Shown one piece after another: positions 1 through 12,695 of a DNA stretch of 64,000 nt. Source of the stretch: Cladosporium halotolerans (lineage: Eukaryota); assembly GCF_011745625.1 (NCBI RefSeq), contig NW_027191457.1, forward strand, positions 682,001 through 746,000, written 5' to 3'. The first letter of the stretch is position 1; every line of letters begins with the position of its first letter. The notes under the pieces are model-generated. The model was not told the DNA's origin. It made no database searches and was given only the letters and a program-made list of their open reading frames with translations. The position numbers and the translations under genes are program-made.

Positions 1-604
1 GAAGGAAACAAGATAGCGCAATACAGATCCAGTGAGCGACTGGCGAGGAGCTCTGGCAGAGAAGCAGACGGAGAACCGACGATGCTATCATTGTACAAGC
101 AGTTTGGTTGCATTCAGTGTTTGAGCAGTGAATCTACTATTGAAGGGGACTTTCAAGCCCCGCCGGAACTTCTTCGTCTCCATGTAATTTCTTGCTCTTG
201 CATTTTGTCCGGACTGAATCATTCTCATGGCCTCACATCACTATGGGGTACGACTATACGACGACGACAATGACGACGACGAAGTCGTCGCGTATACATC
301 ATTTAGAACAGCTTGATCCTCCCAACGACACGGATGACCGGAAACGACAATCCGACACATCCGCGCTTCTGCATCCTACCTGCATGAACCGACCCGCAAC
401 CAGCGCTTGCATGAAACACATCCTGCAGACATAATTCACCAGTCCCTAATACAAACCGTTGAGGCCGTGCTTCCTTAATGCAAGAGGCGTCTCGAGTCAG
501 GCTCGCCAGCCGCGCAGGGCGGGGTTCTTCATGCAGCTTGCAAGCGCTGCAGACTTCGGGGCGCCGACGGACGGCGCCTCCAGGAGCGACCGTCGTGCGA
601 GATG

Positions 605-630
605 TGCATGCATGCATGCATGCATGCATG
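605..630. repeat. (TGCA)6 self-complementary microsatellite
   Basis: tgcatgcatgcatgcatgcatgcatg read directly; alternating purine/pyrimidine and palindromic. Confidence 0.95.
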
Positions 631-885
631 TGCGCGCATCAGCAGAGCGCGAGACGCCTGGGGCTGAGAAAGGCAAAGTGAGCATGCCCTTCTTTTGGCT
701 TCGGGACGATTTCTTCAGTGAAGGTGTTCGTGGCGGGACATGTTCCTACTCTAGTTCTATACTCACACATACATCCTCTGGATCCTCCCGCTGCAGAGCG
801 ACGGGGCCGTACAGAGTCTTGTCCTTGGCCTAGCGTTCGAGCGTCGGTTCCGTTATTCTTACCATTCGAGGCGACTTTCAAAGCA

Positions 886-2422
886 ATGTCCGCATTCTGC
901 GAAGACGACCGCCAGCTAGAACGCTACCCCAACGGCCTGATCGGCAAGCCACGCCCCAAAGGCGAACCCTTCATCCGCTGCCTGCAATGGGGCGACAAAG
1001 CCGACCTCCCCTGGGACGACCGCGACCGCACCTTCGACAGCGTCCAAGACCTCACAGCCTCGCTCTCCACCTCTCGCAGCCGGCTGCGCGTCGTCCTGCT
1101 GCCCCTCGCGCCACAGCAGCACGACGCCGACGAAGCGCAGCAGTTCCGCGCGCTGTTCAGGCACTACTCCGTCCCGTCGGCGGTGCCCGCGGAGCGCATG
1201 CGGAACGTCAGCCATGCGTTCGGGGCCTCGAGGGTGCTTGGGGAGAGCGAGGTCGAGATCGCGTGGTTTCACTTCCTGTGCCGGAATGTGTTCGTCGACG
1301 AGAGCGGGGCGATTCGCGATTTGGGGTACTTGCAGGATGACCACAAGGCGGGAGTCTGCAAGGATCCGAGCATGCTGTGGATCATGTGCGATTTCTTCCT
1401 GCACGTCGAGCCGGCGGGTTGGGGGTTGGATGGGGAGAAGGTCGTGACGCTGTTGTGTTTTGGGGCGCCGAGTGAGGTTGTAGAGCATTTTCAGAGATTG
1501 CTTGGGAATCGGGCTTGGAGCGATATCACGGAGGAGCCTTATTTGCTCTTCGAGGTGCTGTTCAACGATCTTCACGAAGTCTACGATCAAGCGGTCTGGA
1601 AACTCTCCAGGGCGGTCAACCCGGCGGAGAGGGAGGCGGTGCAACGTGCTGGGGACTTGGGCAAGTATGGCAGGGATTTCAGCGATTTCAGTTTCCGGCA
1701 TCTTAACAACATCCAGAAGTACTGTCATCCCTTTACCTGCATCTCACATCGTTCACTTACATTGATCGCGCAGGAACTGCGTCTTCATGGTCGAAGCCGG
1801 CGCCGCCAGCATCGCCACCCTCGACGCCATCTCCGCCAAACTGAAGCTCAAACAAGACCTCTCGCCGTCTCCCCTGACAGCCGCCGCAGCCGACGCCATC
1901 GAATACCGCAGACGCAACTTCCACTCGACATCCCTGCGCCTGCACAGCGTGGAGCAACGCATCCTGAACGTCGTCCAGATGACCCGTACGATGGTGACGC
2001 AGGCCGACAGTGCGGTCCTGAAGGCCGACTCGCGCGCGATGAAGTTCATCGCCGCGCTCACGCTTATCTTCCTGCCGGCGACGGGCGTTGCGAGCGTGTT
2101 CGATACCCCTTTCTTCGACAACGATTTCAGCGTGTCGAGAATTAGGGTCGCCACGAACTTTTGGGTCTTTTGGGCTGTTGTTGGGCCGTTGACGCTGGGG
2201 GTTGGAGTTTTGTGCTGTGTTTGGTATTACCTGCCTAGGATACCGAGTATGCAGGTGTTATGGGTTTTGCATAAAAGTTGGGTTGATTGTGGGCTTCCAG
2301 CGGCGGAACGCATGGTGTCGGTTCCTTTTGGCAGATATAAGCGTAGGCCGAAGGAAGATGGACGAGCGAGCAATCTTGAGCTTGGGGGTAACGTCAATGG
2401 ATTTCATACGAATAGTTATTGA
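886..2422 (+). CDS. Fungal CorA-like domain protein with two C-terminal TM helices; 2 exons (886-1718, 1774-2422)
   Basis: Intron 1719-1773 (GTACTG...CTTAC...CAG) joins the 718 and 1787 ORFs in frame (IQK|NCVFMVEA). C-terminus has AMKFIAALTLIFLPATGVASVF...FWVFWAVVGPLTL, typical of the CorA-like TM hairpin. Confidence 0.7.
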
Positions 2423-2886
2423 AGTGATACCCAATTGATGCTTCATACATGACGCCAGACGACAGGTCCAGTCCACTTTCCATCAACTTTGCAATCCCAT
2501 CTGTGGTTGGTTCGGTTGGCTACCTTGCCTTACATAAACGCTGCAGGGGTCCATTCTCGGGGGCTGTCACGGCCGCTTCCGAAACTTCCCCAGAGCTGCA
2601 GCTGCCCCGCCTGCTGCCTCAACCACAGCTCAAAACATCTTCTGTGGCATCACTCTGCCGTTGCCCGCTCACCTTGTCCCCGCCCGTAAGACAAGCCCCG
2701 AGTCCTCCTGCAGACCGTGCAACGTCCACCACATACCACCAACTCCTCCTCCTCTCCACCCACATCGCTCTTCACTGCGACAACTTCCACCGCCCGCGAC
2801 TGATCGGCAACACATTTATGCAATCCCCAAACCGCTAGCCCCAGCTCTCGCCGAGCACACCGCCGCCGCCGCCGTCGCCGCCCAAC

Positions 2887-5127
2887 ATGCCGAACAGAGG
2901 CAAGCAGACGTACGACAACATCGTCTACGACATCTTCCTGTGGGTCTTCACCATCGTCGTCGACCTCTTCTTCCGCGAGATCCACCCCCGCTCGACATGG
3001 CGCATCCCCAGGAAGGGCCCGATCCTCTTCGTCGCGGCCCCGCACGCCAACCAGTTCGTCGACCCGCTCATCCTCATGCGCACCGTTCGGCACGATGCGC
3101 GTAGGAGGATTGCGTTCCTGGTGGCCGAGAAGAGCATGCGCAGGAAGTTTGTCGGGACCATGGCGAGCTTGGTCGGCGCCGTGCCGGTCGGGAGAGCGCT
3201 GGATTTGAAGAAGCCGGCGCAGGGTATCATCTATATCCCTGATCCTGAGGGTGATCCTACTCTGGTCCGCGGGGAGAACACCAATTTTGAGGACTCGCAG
3301 TTTATGAAGGGCGGTCTCCTCGTCCTACCTAGCTTCCAGAACACTGCCGCGAACGCTGAGATCGCCGAGATTCTGGGGCCGAACGAGATCAGGTTGAAGA
3401 AGCCATTCAAGGGAGAGGTCGCCGAGAAGCAGCTGGCTGGTTTGGACCCGAAGGCTTCCGATTCGGACCTGGCCAATGCGAACGGAGGCGAGAAGCCCAA
3501 GAAGGGCTGCAAGTTCAGCGTTGCTCCTCATGTCGACCAGCACGCTGTCTACGATGCTGTCTTCGACCGTGTGGCCGAGGGCGGTTGTATTGGTATCTTC
3601 CCGGAAGGTGGCAGCCACGACCGGACTGAGCTTCTGCCGCTAAAGGCCGGCCTGGCTATCATGGCTTTGGGATCGTTGGCTAAGAATCCGGATTGTAACG
3701 TCACGATCGTCCCCGTCGGCATGAATTACTTCAACGCCCACAAGTTCCGCTCACGCTGCGTGATCGAATTCGGCCAGCCTATCTCGATCGAGCAAGACCT
3801 TCTCGAGAAATACAAGGCAGGCGAGCGACGAGAGGCAGTGGGCCAGGTGCTTAATGAAGTACAAGATGCACTCAAGTCTGTCACATTGCAAGCACCTGAT
3901 TACGACACGCTCATGCTCATCCAAGCTGTGCGCCGCCTGTACAACCCAAAGGGCAAGAAGCTGCCTTTGCCTGCTGTCGTCGAGCTACAGCGACGCTTCT
4001 TGAAGGGGTACGCCGAATACAAGGATGACCCCAGGGTCATGAAAACACGAAAGGCTGTTCTCGATTACAATACACAGCTGATGCAGCTCGGCATCCGTGA
4101 TCACCAGGTTTCGTATGCCAAGTTCCCCTGGTACAGGGTCGTCGCTTTCCTGCTTTACCGCCTGGCCAAACTTCTCATTCTGAGCATTGCCGTCATTCCT
4201 GGTCTGGTCTTCTTCTCGCCTGTATTCATTGCTGGAAAGATCATCTCTATTAAGAAATCGAAAGAAGCGCTGGCTGCTTCTTCAGTCAAGATCAAGGCTA
4301 GGGATGTCGTCGCTACTTGGAAGATCATGGTTTCTCTGGCTCTCGCACCGGCGCTCAACATTATCTATACGATCATCGGCTCATACTGGACATACAAGAA
4401 CCGCGTGGGTGGCCGCGTGCCGGAATATGTGCCTATGTGGTTCGTGATCTTGTTCCAGATCATTCTCTTCCCGTCTGCTTGTTTTGCCGCCCTTCGCTTT
4501 GGCGAGATCGGCATGGACATCTTCAAGTCGATTCGTCCGCTCGTGCTATCGCTGAACCCTACTTCGAGCAACACCCTTGTCAAGCTGAGGGAGCGGCGCG
4601 CCATGTTGCAAGCAGCCATCACGGATATCGTGGACGAGCTCGGTCCCGAGCTATTCCCCGATTTCGATAAGCAGCGCATCGTTCCTGATGCCAAGGCTGA
4701 AGGGCGTCCGAAGACTCCTGACTACCGCCGCCGTCCCAGCGAAAGCGGTGACAACAACGAATTCTTCTCTTTCACGCCTGCCACTCCTCCATCGCCAACC
4801 ACCTCCCGCCGACCGGGCGACCACCTTCCGCGAAACGAGAGCTTCCAGAACATCGGCAGCGTCGGTTTCTTCAACTCGCGGCCCAGCACGCCTAATCGCA
4901 GCCGCAGCAGAACCAACAGCGGCGCGGACGGTTTCAAGCTCACTCGACTTACGTCCCTCACTTCGACGAAAGAATCCGAGTCGAAGAGCAACTTGGAAGA
5001 GGTTAGCAAGAACTTGCACGAAGCTCTGAGGGAGAGGAGGGGCAGGAGGCAGAGCGAGGGTAACGCTTTCGAGTTCACAAACGACGACGAGAGCGAGGAG
5101 GAAGAGGGCACGAAGAAGGATATGTGA
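2887..5127 (+). CDS. SCT1: Glycerol-3-phosphate/DHAP O-acyltransferase (Sct1/Gpt2 family), 746 aa, intronless
   Basis: Acyltransferase motifs PHANQFVD and GIFPEGGSHDRT; hydrophobic helices; Ser/Pro/Arg-rich C-terminal tail. Confidence 0.93.
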   Translation: MPNRGKQTYDNIVYDIFLWVFTIVVDLFFREIHPRSTWRIPRKGPILFVAAPHANQFVDPLILMRTVRHDARRRIAFLVAEKSMRRKFVGTMASLVGAVPVGRALDLKKPAQGIIYIPDPEGDPTLVRGENTNFEDSQFMKGGLLVLPSFQNTAANAEIAEILGPNEIRLKKPFKGEVAEKQLAGLDPKASDSDLANANGGEKPKKGCKFSVAPHVDQHAVYDAVFDRVAEGGCIGIFPEGGSHDRTELLPLKAGLAIMALGSLAKNPDCNVTIVPVGMNYFNAHKFRSRCVIEFGQPISIEQDLLEKYKAGERREAVGQVLNEVQDALKSVTLQAPDYDTLMLIQAVRRLYNPKGKKLPLPAVVELQRRFLKGYAEYKDDPRVMKTRKAVLDYNTQLMQLGIRDHQVSYAKFPWYRVVAFLLYRLAKLLILSIAVIPGLVFFSPVFIAGKIISIKKSKEALAASSVKIKARDVVATWKIMVSLALAPALNIIYTIIGSYWTYKNRVGGRVPEYVPMWFVILFQIILFPSACFAALRFGEIGMDIFKSIRPLVLSLNPTSSNTLVKLRERRAMLQAAITDIVDELGPELFPDFDKQRIVPDAKAEGRPKTPDYRRRPSESGDNNEFFSFTPATPPSPTTSRRPGDHLPRNESFQNIGSVGFFNSRPSTPNRSRSRTNSGADGFKLTRLTSLTSTKESESKSNLEEVSKNLHEALRERRGRRQSEGNAFEFTNDDESEEEEGTKKDM

Positions 5128-5375
5128 TGCGGGTTTTTTCAATTCGTCCCACCTTTCGGTAGTACGCCGGGAGTGTGGTCTTTGACATTCATTCTAGCGA
5201 GCGCGCTCTTTCTCTCTCTTTCTGGTTCCTTAATCTTTATCCCTGCTGATCATTCCGCTGTGACGGGAACCGCTGATGTAGCATTAGTTAGCGAAAAGCC
5301 AATGATACCACCCAAAAGCATCATCGTACATCAGTCCACACGAATCCATCAGATCAGGGCACCGGAATTCCCCGC

Positions 5376-6486
<1,111 letters not shown>

Positions 6487-6884
6487 GGTGGTGGGCGGGG
6501 TTGAGTATTGAGCGACTAATGCTCTTGCCTTTCCTGCGGCAGTTCTGAGAAAGACTTTCAGACCTTCTCATGAAGAGAGACGTTATTGACATAGAACCGA
6601 AGTAGTCGGTCCGTCGATTCCTCTTCTCGCGTGCTGTCACGAGACGTCTGGACGTTTCATCTAGACAACATCGGCTCCACGCAACGACCGGGATGTACTG
6701 CTCCGTGAAGCTTATTGAGGACTGGATTGTATTTCATTACTAGGGCTACATATATTCCAAAGTCTGTTCGTGCATTTTACCGTCCAAATCCAATCGATTA
6801 ATCCATCAATAGCAAAGCTCGCTGTCGCAGCAAGACGCGTGAAGTCGAGAAGTCACAGCACTCCGCATCGAACCCCAACACTAA

Positions 6885-6930
6885 GCATACCATACCATAC
6901 CGTCCCATACCGTACAATACCATCCCATAC
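6885..6930. repeat. Degenerate (CCATA)n pentanucleotide repeat in 3' flank
   Basis: gcataccataccataccgtcccataccgtacaataccatcccatac. Confidence 0.75.
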
Positions 6931-6987
6931 TCTTGAGAATACTCACATCAAATCATCAGCTCATGGCAATCATCCCCGTCACTCGGT

Positions 6988-8782
6988 CTACTCCCCATTA
7001 CCCTCCTGCGCCGGCGGCGACCTCACCAACTTCCTCGGCTTCTTCTTCTCCACGGGCGCCTTCGCCTCCCCAGCACTACCATTAGCAGCACCCTCCGCCG
7101 CCTTCGCCGGCGTGCCCGCAGGCCTGGGAATCGGCTTCTTCTTCGCCGGCGCCGCAGGCTTCTTCGCAGCAGTCGCGCCCTGCCCCGCCTGACTTTGCGC
7201 CGTCTTCTTGGCCGGCGCGCGCTTGGGCAGCGGCTTCTTAGCCGGCGCGGAGCCGACCTGGCTCTTGTCGTCGTCGCCCATCTCGCCCGTCGCGACGGTC
7301 GACGGCGCGCGGTTGGAGTTGATCTTGCGCGGCGGCGGGCGGCGGCGCGGGACCGGCTTGCGCTTGTCCTCCGCGGACCCGTCGTCGCCCTCGCCGCCCT
7401 CGACGAGGAAGTGCGCGTCCTGGATCTTGCGCGCGTTGATGTCCGTCACGTCCTGCGGGCACGACGACATGACGATGACGACGTCGCGCTCGGCGCGCAG
7501 GCGCACGAAGTCGCCGGCTTTCGCCTTCGGGGCTTTCATGTCGAGCGCGCCGTCGGAGCTCAGCGGCACGTTCATGAAGAGGTTCAGCGGCGCGGGGACG
7601 TTGTTGATCGTGACGTCGGCGCCGACGGCTTTGGCGCCCTGCAGGCCGGCGCGCTCGTTGAGCTCTTTGAGGGCCAGCACGAGGTTCTCGGCGCACGAGC
7701 CGTGCTCCTCCCAGCGGTCGATGCCGAGCTGGCGGTAGCGGGCTGGGTCGCAAGCGGCGATCAGGGTGTCGTGGGCGCCGGTGGCGGTGGTGTCCTCGAC
7801 GAGCGTGAGGAGGGGCTCGCGGAGGTTGGAGACGAAGACGTCGTCGACCTTGGGCGAGAGGTGGAGGGTGGAGGAGCGCGTATGCGTCATGCTGAGGAAC
7901 TCCATGGGCGGCGCGTTGGGCGCGTTCGTGGCGTTCCACGCTTGGTAGCCGGCGTAGAGGGAGCCGGAGTAGCCGGAACCGGAGAGAGCTGCGATTCCTG
8001 TGTGAGCGAGGCGTCAGTGCCTGCGAGAGGCAGCTGCGGGGGTTTACCTTTGATACCTGCGGCGCCGACGGGCGTGGTGGAGAAGTCTTTGAGCTGCTCG
8101 ACGTAGGATTTGTTCGGGTCTCGCTGGTGCTGTGAATGTGTTAGTCGTGGAGTCCAACCGTCGTGCAGTTCCGACATCGCCTTACCGAGCTCGCGAACGC
8201 AGACACCGTATCGCTTGCAGTCTTAGGGATGTAGTTGCTGTAGCCCTTGCCGCTGGGCATGTACGAGGCCCAAGTCCTCGAGTTCTTCTGCTTCTCCGTC
8301 TCATTGGCAGGCGGCTGCTCGCCTCCCTGGTTCGCGCCATTCTTGCTACTCCAGCCAATCGAAGGCACATACGAACTCCAAGTGTTCTTCTTCGGCTGCT
8401 GTCCATCCTGCTGCTGCTGTTGCTGCTCCTCTCCCTTCGCAGCCAACCCCTCCTTTGTAGCCTTCTCCGCGTCCTCCTGGCTGGGGAGATCCATGCCGCT
8501 CTTCCTGCTCTTCTTGGGCGTAGGCCTGGCCTGTGCGGGCTTCTCTACCTCCTTCGCTTGCTGCTGCTGGGGCTGCTCGTCCTTCTGCTTCTTCTCATCT
8601 TTCTGCTCCTGTCCATTCCCCTGCCTCTGCTCCTCGCCGTTCTTGATGTCCGGGTTCGGCAGCGCGAAGGCCCAGGTGTCGACGACTTGCGTGCCGGACG
8701 AGTTGACAATCTTGATCGTCTGGCCGGCGGGCACGAAAGTCGCCACGCCGTGGCGGGCGGGGACAGTCTGGAGCTCTGGCAT
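6988..8782 (-). CDS. DUF1989 (urea/guanidine carboxylase-associated family) protein with large low-complexity insertion; introns 8130-8185 and 7989-8047; about 559 aa
   Basis: N-terminal TVPARHGVATFVPAGQTIKIVNSSGTQVVDTWAF and downstream MEFLSMTHTR, HDTLIAACD, HGSCAENL, PLNLFMN, SSCPQD motifs; both introns canonical and frame-restoring. Confidence 0.85.
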
Positions 8783-9812
8783 GGTTGGAGGTGTTTTGCG
8801 ACGACGATGGGAAGCCGGATGGGGATTAGGTGTCCAGCAGGTCGCGCGATGGTCGATCCGACGGGAAGCTCCTCACAGACGGAATGTACGCTCAGCTAGA
8901 TCCTTTCGCTAGTAGTCGTTCAAATATAAGTCCAGAGAACAGAAATCAGAATACAGTAGGTGGGAGGGTAGGTGTAGTAGTAAAGCAGGACAAATCGAAG
9001 AGCAGCCCCCAAGAAAGCGTCTCGTCTCCCCATCCCACCCCAACCTCCCAATGCGACGCAACGACATCACCGACCTGCCAGGGCCAGGCCAGAACGCCTG
9101 TCGTCACTTGCCGTCCGCTGCAGTGCCCTGCTTGGGCGTTCGGGGCGCGCGTGTCGCCAGCTGCGTGCGTCATCGCGCATCAAGCGCGGGAAGCTCGAAA
9201 GCTTAAACAAAAAAGTAGGTAGCTGGTCCCTTCGATGGACGATCGTTGATCCCTGTCGATGGCAGTGCTGGAAGAAGCCTGCTGGGAGGGAGGGTCTAGC
9301 AATCAAGGGATTGTGCTTCGGTTCCGGGTCTGTGGAAGCCGGAAGGCGCTCGGTTATCGAATTCGACGACCACGGACTTGGGAGCAAAGTGGAGAGATCT
9401 GGTAAACGATTGTTCACTCGTTGTGATCAACGAATACTTAGTTTAGCAGCCTGTTTATCAGCTTGAAATTCGACGGTCACACCTCTGACGACGGGTGAAT
9501 AGAGAGACGACATAATTGTAGAATCGCATTTGTCCATATCGCTCTTGTTATACAAAATCTGTATCATTGCACCTTCCCTCCTCGAAGTCGTATCTTCGTA
9601 GGAGCCTTAGATGTTTTCTAAAAAAGATCGTGATCGTTTTCCACCCTCTCTACCTCCACCACACCACGCCGCAGCAGCAGCCGATATCATACAACCCCAA
9701 CCACCAATCTATCTCAACGCACCCACCAACCGACCACGCTCACGCGCGCCAGCCTCCACCCCTACCCCTTCTATCCCCTCGCCTCAACCTCTCGCAAGAG
9801 AATATGACCACT

Positions 9813-11573
9813 CTACGTAACCCACTGCGCAACCGTAACCAGCGTCGTGTACCCCATCGCGCCCACGCCCAACACCATCATAGCAACATCGAACCCCTTC
9901 TCCAGCCTCGTCTCCGCGACACCCCTATAATGCAAGAAAGCCGGGTAAATATAGACCAGCGGCACGCAAGCGAAACTGCCAATGATCGCGACGAACTTGT
10001 CCAGATCGGAAGCGCCGACGATGCTCACGACGCCGCAGGCGCACATGGCGGCCGCGCGCAGCGCGTTCTTCTGCCACTTAATGGCGGCGGAGCGCTTGCC
10101 GGTGGCCTTCTCGCCGAAGAGCGAGGTCTCGACGATGCGGATGGCGGGGAAGAGCTGGACGGGCTCGCCGGCGAGGACGGCGAGGGAGTAGAGGAACTGG
10201 ACGGCGTTGACGAGCTTGCTGTCCTGGGGGAAGTTGGAGATGATCTGGATCTTGGTGAACTCGCCGAAGGTGGCGTAGCAGAGGGCGCCGATGGAGGTGA
10301 AGACGCAGGTGATGAGGAACATGATGAGGTAGAGGAGCTTGGAGAAGTGCTCGGGCTGCTTCATGCTGGACTGGATGGGGAGGATGAGGCCGATGCCCTC
10401 GAAGGTGAAGATTGCGCTGCCGATGGTGAGGGGGAAGGTGGAGGGGTTGAAGAGGACGACGCTTTCGTTCATGCCGTAGTGGGAGAGGCTGGTGATGTCG
10501 TATTGCCAGATGTAGACGACGCCGATGAGGATGAAGACGTCGGCGAGGAGGGCGGCGGGGCCGAGCTTGGAGATGTTGCGGATCAGCGCCAGGGGCACGA
10601 GGAGGATGAGCTGCAGGGCGATGAAGGAGTTGATGCCGAGCGGTAGGTGGCGGGTCTTCAACACGGCCTGGAAGAACGAGTACATGTTCTCGGCGGTGAA
10701 GATGATACCCGCGCAGACGAATCCCAGCTGCGACAGCGTGATCGACGCCAGCACGAGCGACCGGAAGCGGCTGCCGACGATGGCCTCACCGAGCTCACCA
10801 TAACCGCCGCCACCACACCTCTCCCTGCACTGCAGCAGCAGCTTGAAGCAGACACAGGTGACGAGCGAGACCATGACGAGCGTGATGGACGACGCCAAGA
10901 TACCACCGTTGCGGAACGCCTTGGGCAGGAACAAGATGCCGGTGCCCACGAAGGCCTTGAGCAGCGTGAAGAACGTCTTCAGCGTGCTCGCGTCGCCCTC
11001 GCGCTTCACGCGGCGCGAGCTCTTCCGCCTCCCCAGCAGCGGCCGCCTCTCGGCCGGGCCATCGCGCTCCGGCGCCCGCTCCTCGTCGTCGTCGAGAGCG
11101 GACTCGTCGTCATCGTCGTCGCGGAGATCTTCGCCTGCGAAGTCACCATAGAGCTCCAGGAACCCGATGAAGTTCTTCGTCACCGGCACCGCCGCACGAC
11201 TCAGCCGCCTGCGGAAGTTCGGCTGCTCGGTGTGATGCCGCTGGACGTACTGCCTGCGGAAGCCGCCGGGCTGGAGGACCTCGTCGGCGGAGGGCTGGTT
11301 GGAGTCCAGGTGGGTCGAGTTGGGCGCGGCGAAACTCGCCGACCGTCGCGGGGCGTTGGCCTTGGCTTTGATCTTGTAGATGTCGCGGTGCATGTCGCCA
11401 CCCTGCAGCAGCAGCGAGGACTCGTGGGTCTCGGTGATGCCGCTGTCGTTGTCGTCCTGGGCCGGGTCGGAGACCAGCGCCTCGGGCTCGGCGGAGTAGC
11501 CGTCTGGCAGGTGAGGTTCGACGATGGCGGCGTCGCGCCTGTTGCTCTGCAGGCTGCCGGGAGTGTCCGTCAT
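9813..11573 (-). CDS. AVT3: Vacuolar amino acid transporter (Avt3/Avt4, Aa_trans family), 586 aa
   Basis: QGGDMHRDIYK, FLELYGDFAGEDL, LLKAFVGTGILFLPKAFRNGG, FTFEGIGLILPI; many TM helices. Confidence 0.88.
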   Translation of the reverse strand: MTDTPGSLQSNRRDAAIVEPHLPDGYSAEPEALVSDPAQDDNDSGITETHESSLLLQGGDMHRDIYKIKAKANAPRRSASFAAPNSTHLDSNQPSADEVLQPGGFRRQYVQRHHTEQPNFRRRLSRAAVPVTKNFIGFLELYGDFAGEDLRDDDDDESALDDDEERAPERDGPAERRPLLGRRKSSRRVKREGDASTLKTFFTLLKAFVGTGILFLPKAFRNGGILASSITLVMVSLVTCVCFKLLLQCRERCGGGGYGELGEAIVGSRFRSLVLASITLSQLGFVCAGIIFTAENMYSFFQAVLKTRHLPLGINSFIALQLILLVPLALIRNISKLGPAALLADVFILIGVVYIWQYDITSLSHYGMNESVVLFNPSTFPLTIGSAIFTFEGIGLILPIQSSMKQPEHFSKLLYLIMFLITCVFTSIGALCYATFGEFTKIQIISNFPQDSKLVNAVQFLYSLAVLAGEPVQLFPAIRIVETSLFGEKATGKRSAAIKWQKNALRAAAMCACGVVSIVGASDLDKFVAIIGSFACVPLVYIYPAFLHYRGVAETRLEKGFDVAMMVLGVGAMGYTTLVTVAQWVT

Positions 11574-12695
11574 GTTTGGTGTGTTGAGAGAAAGAGAAGT
11601 GGGGGTTCAATCAATGCAGTGTGCCAGACAGCAGGATACCCTCAATGGCAGGCTCGACTGAACACACCGACGGCGGCGTGGCTCCAGAGACGTTCCGCTC
11701 GCAGGGGCGAGTTGGATGGAGAGGCGAAAAGGTCGGTATGAGGCGACTTTCGAAGTTCGAAAGCTGTAGTGCAATGCAAGGACGCGGGCGTCGTTTAGAC
11801 TTTGGACGGGTCCTGGCGCTAGCCAAGCCGTGGGCGGCCAGGCCTCGCGCTTGACGTTCTTGCTGACTGCCGTCATACCCTTGCACTGCGGCTTTCACTT
11901 CAATTTCAAGATCGCCAGGCACCTGAGAGATAAGAGGCGCGTGGCGCGAGGTGTGATAAATCACGTCAAGCTCTATGTTGATGCGACTGCACACGCATAA
12001 AAGATGAATGGCCCATCACCACGCGCCTGTGCTTCTCAAGCAGCAAGAAGCCTCTCCCGTCCCACATCGCGGCTTAAGCGCGTACATGCCACCCCGTCGG
12101 GTGAGCGGTCAATGATGGGCGCTGAAATGGCACGACTGGTCAGCACGACAAGGTACCTGCGCTACACGTGGGGAGGCTCCCGTCTCACTCAGCCATGCCG
12201 CAGTGCTGTCGACCTGCGCTGAAGTATCTCAACTGTCATGTGCGTGGGATAGGAAGAAAGTGGAGTTTGGCCCATGAGAGCTCAGGTGATTTGCGGCGAC
12301 TTGGTGCAGGCCATTCGCAGCCGCCAGCAATAAGGGTGGACAGCATCACGTGCGTGGGCGTCAGATAATCAATTGCAGCAGACAAAAGCTTTTCTCCTTT
12401 TAATTGTTGTAGCTACCTCGAGTCTATCTTCTTTGACCGAAGAGACCTCTAGCGAGCAGGAGCAAAAGAAAAGGGAAAAAATATCGGAAGGGTGTAAAAG
12501 GCGTCCACGACCGACAAAAAAACTCCTGGTGCTGCGTGAACCGTGTGCTCGTCGCTCGTGTCATTCGTAAAAAAGAGAAAAAAAACCATAGAAAATCAAA
12601 TAGCAACAGCCGTGTCAAAACACGACCGCGCCAGCCGAAAAGCTCTCTCTCCCTCTCTCTCACAGCATGGATTTGCGCATCCCCCCTCGTGCTAG

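Noticed and set aside
9567..11741. Two + strand ORFs of about 360 aa opposite the AVT3-like gene
   Set aside because: Antisense shadows caused by codon bias
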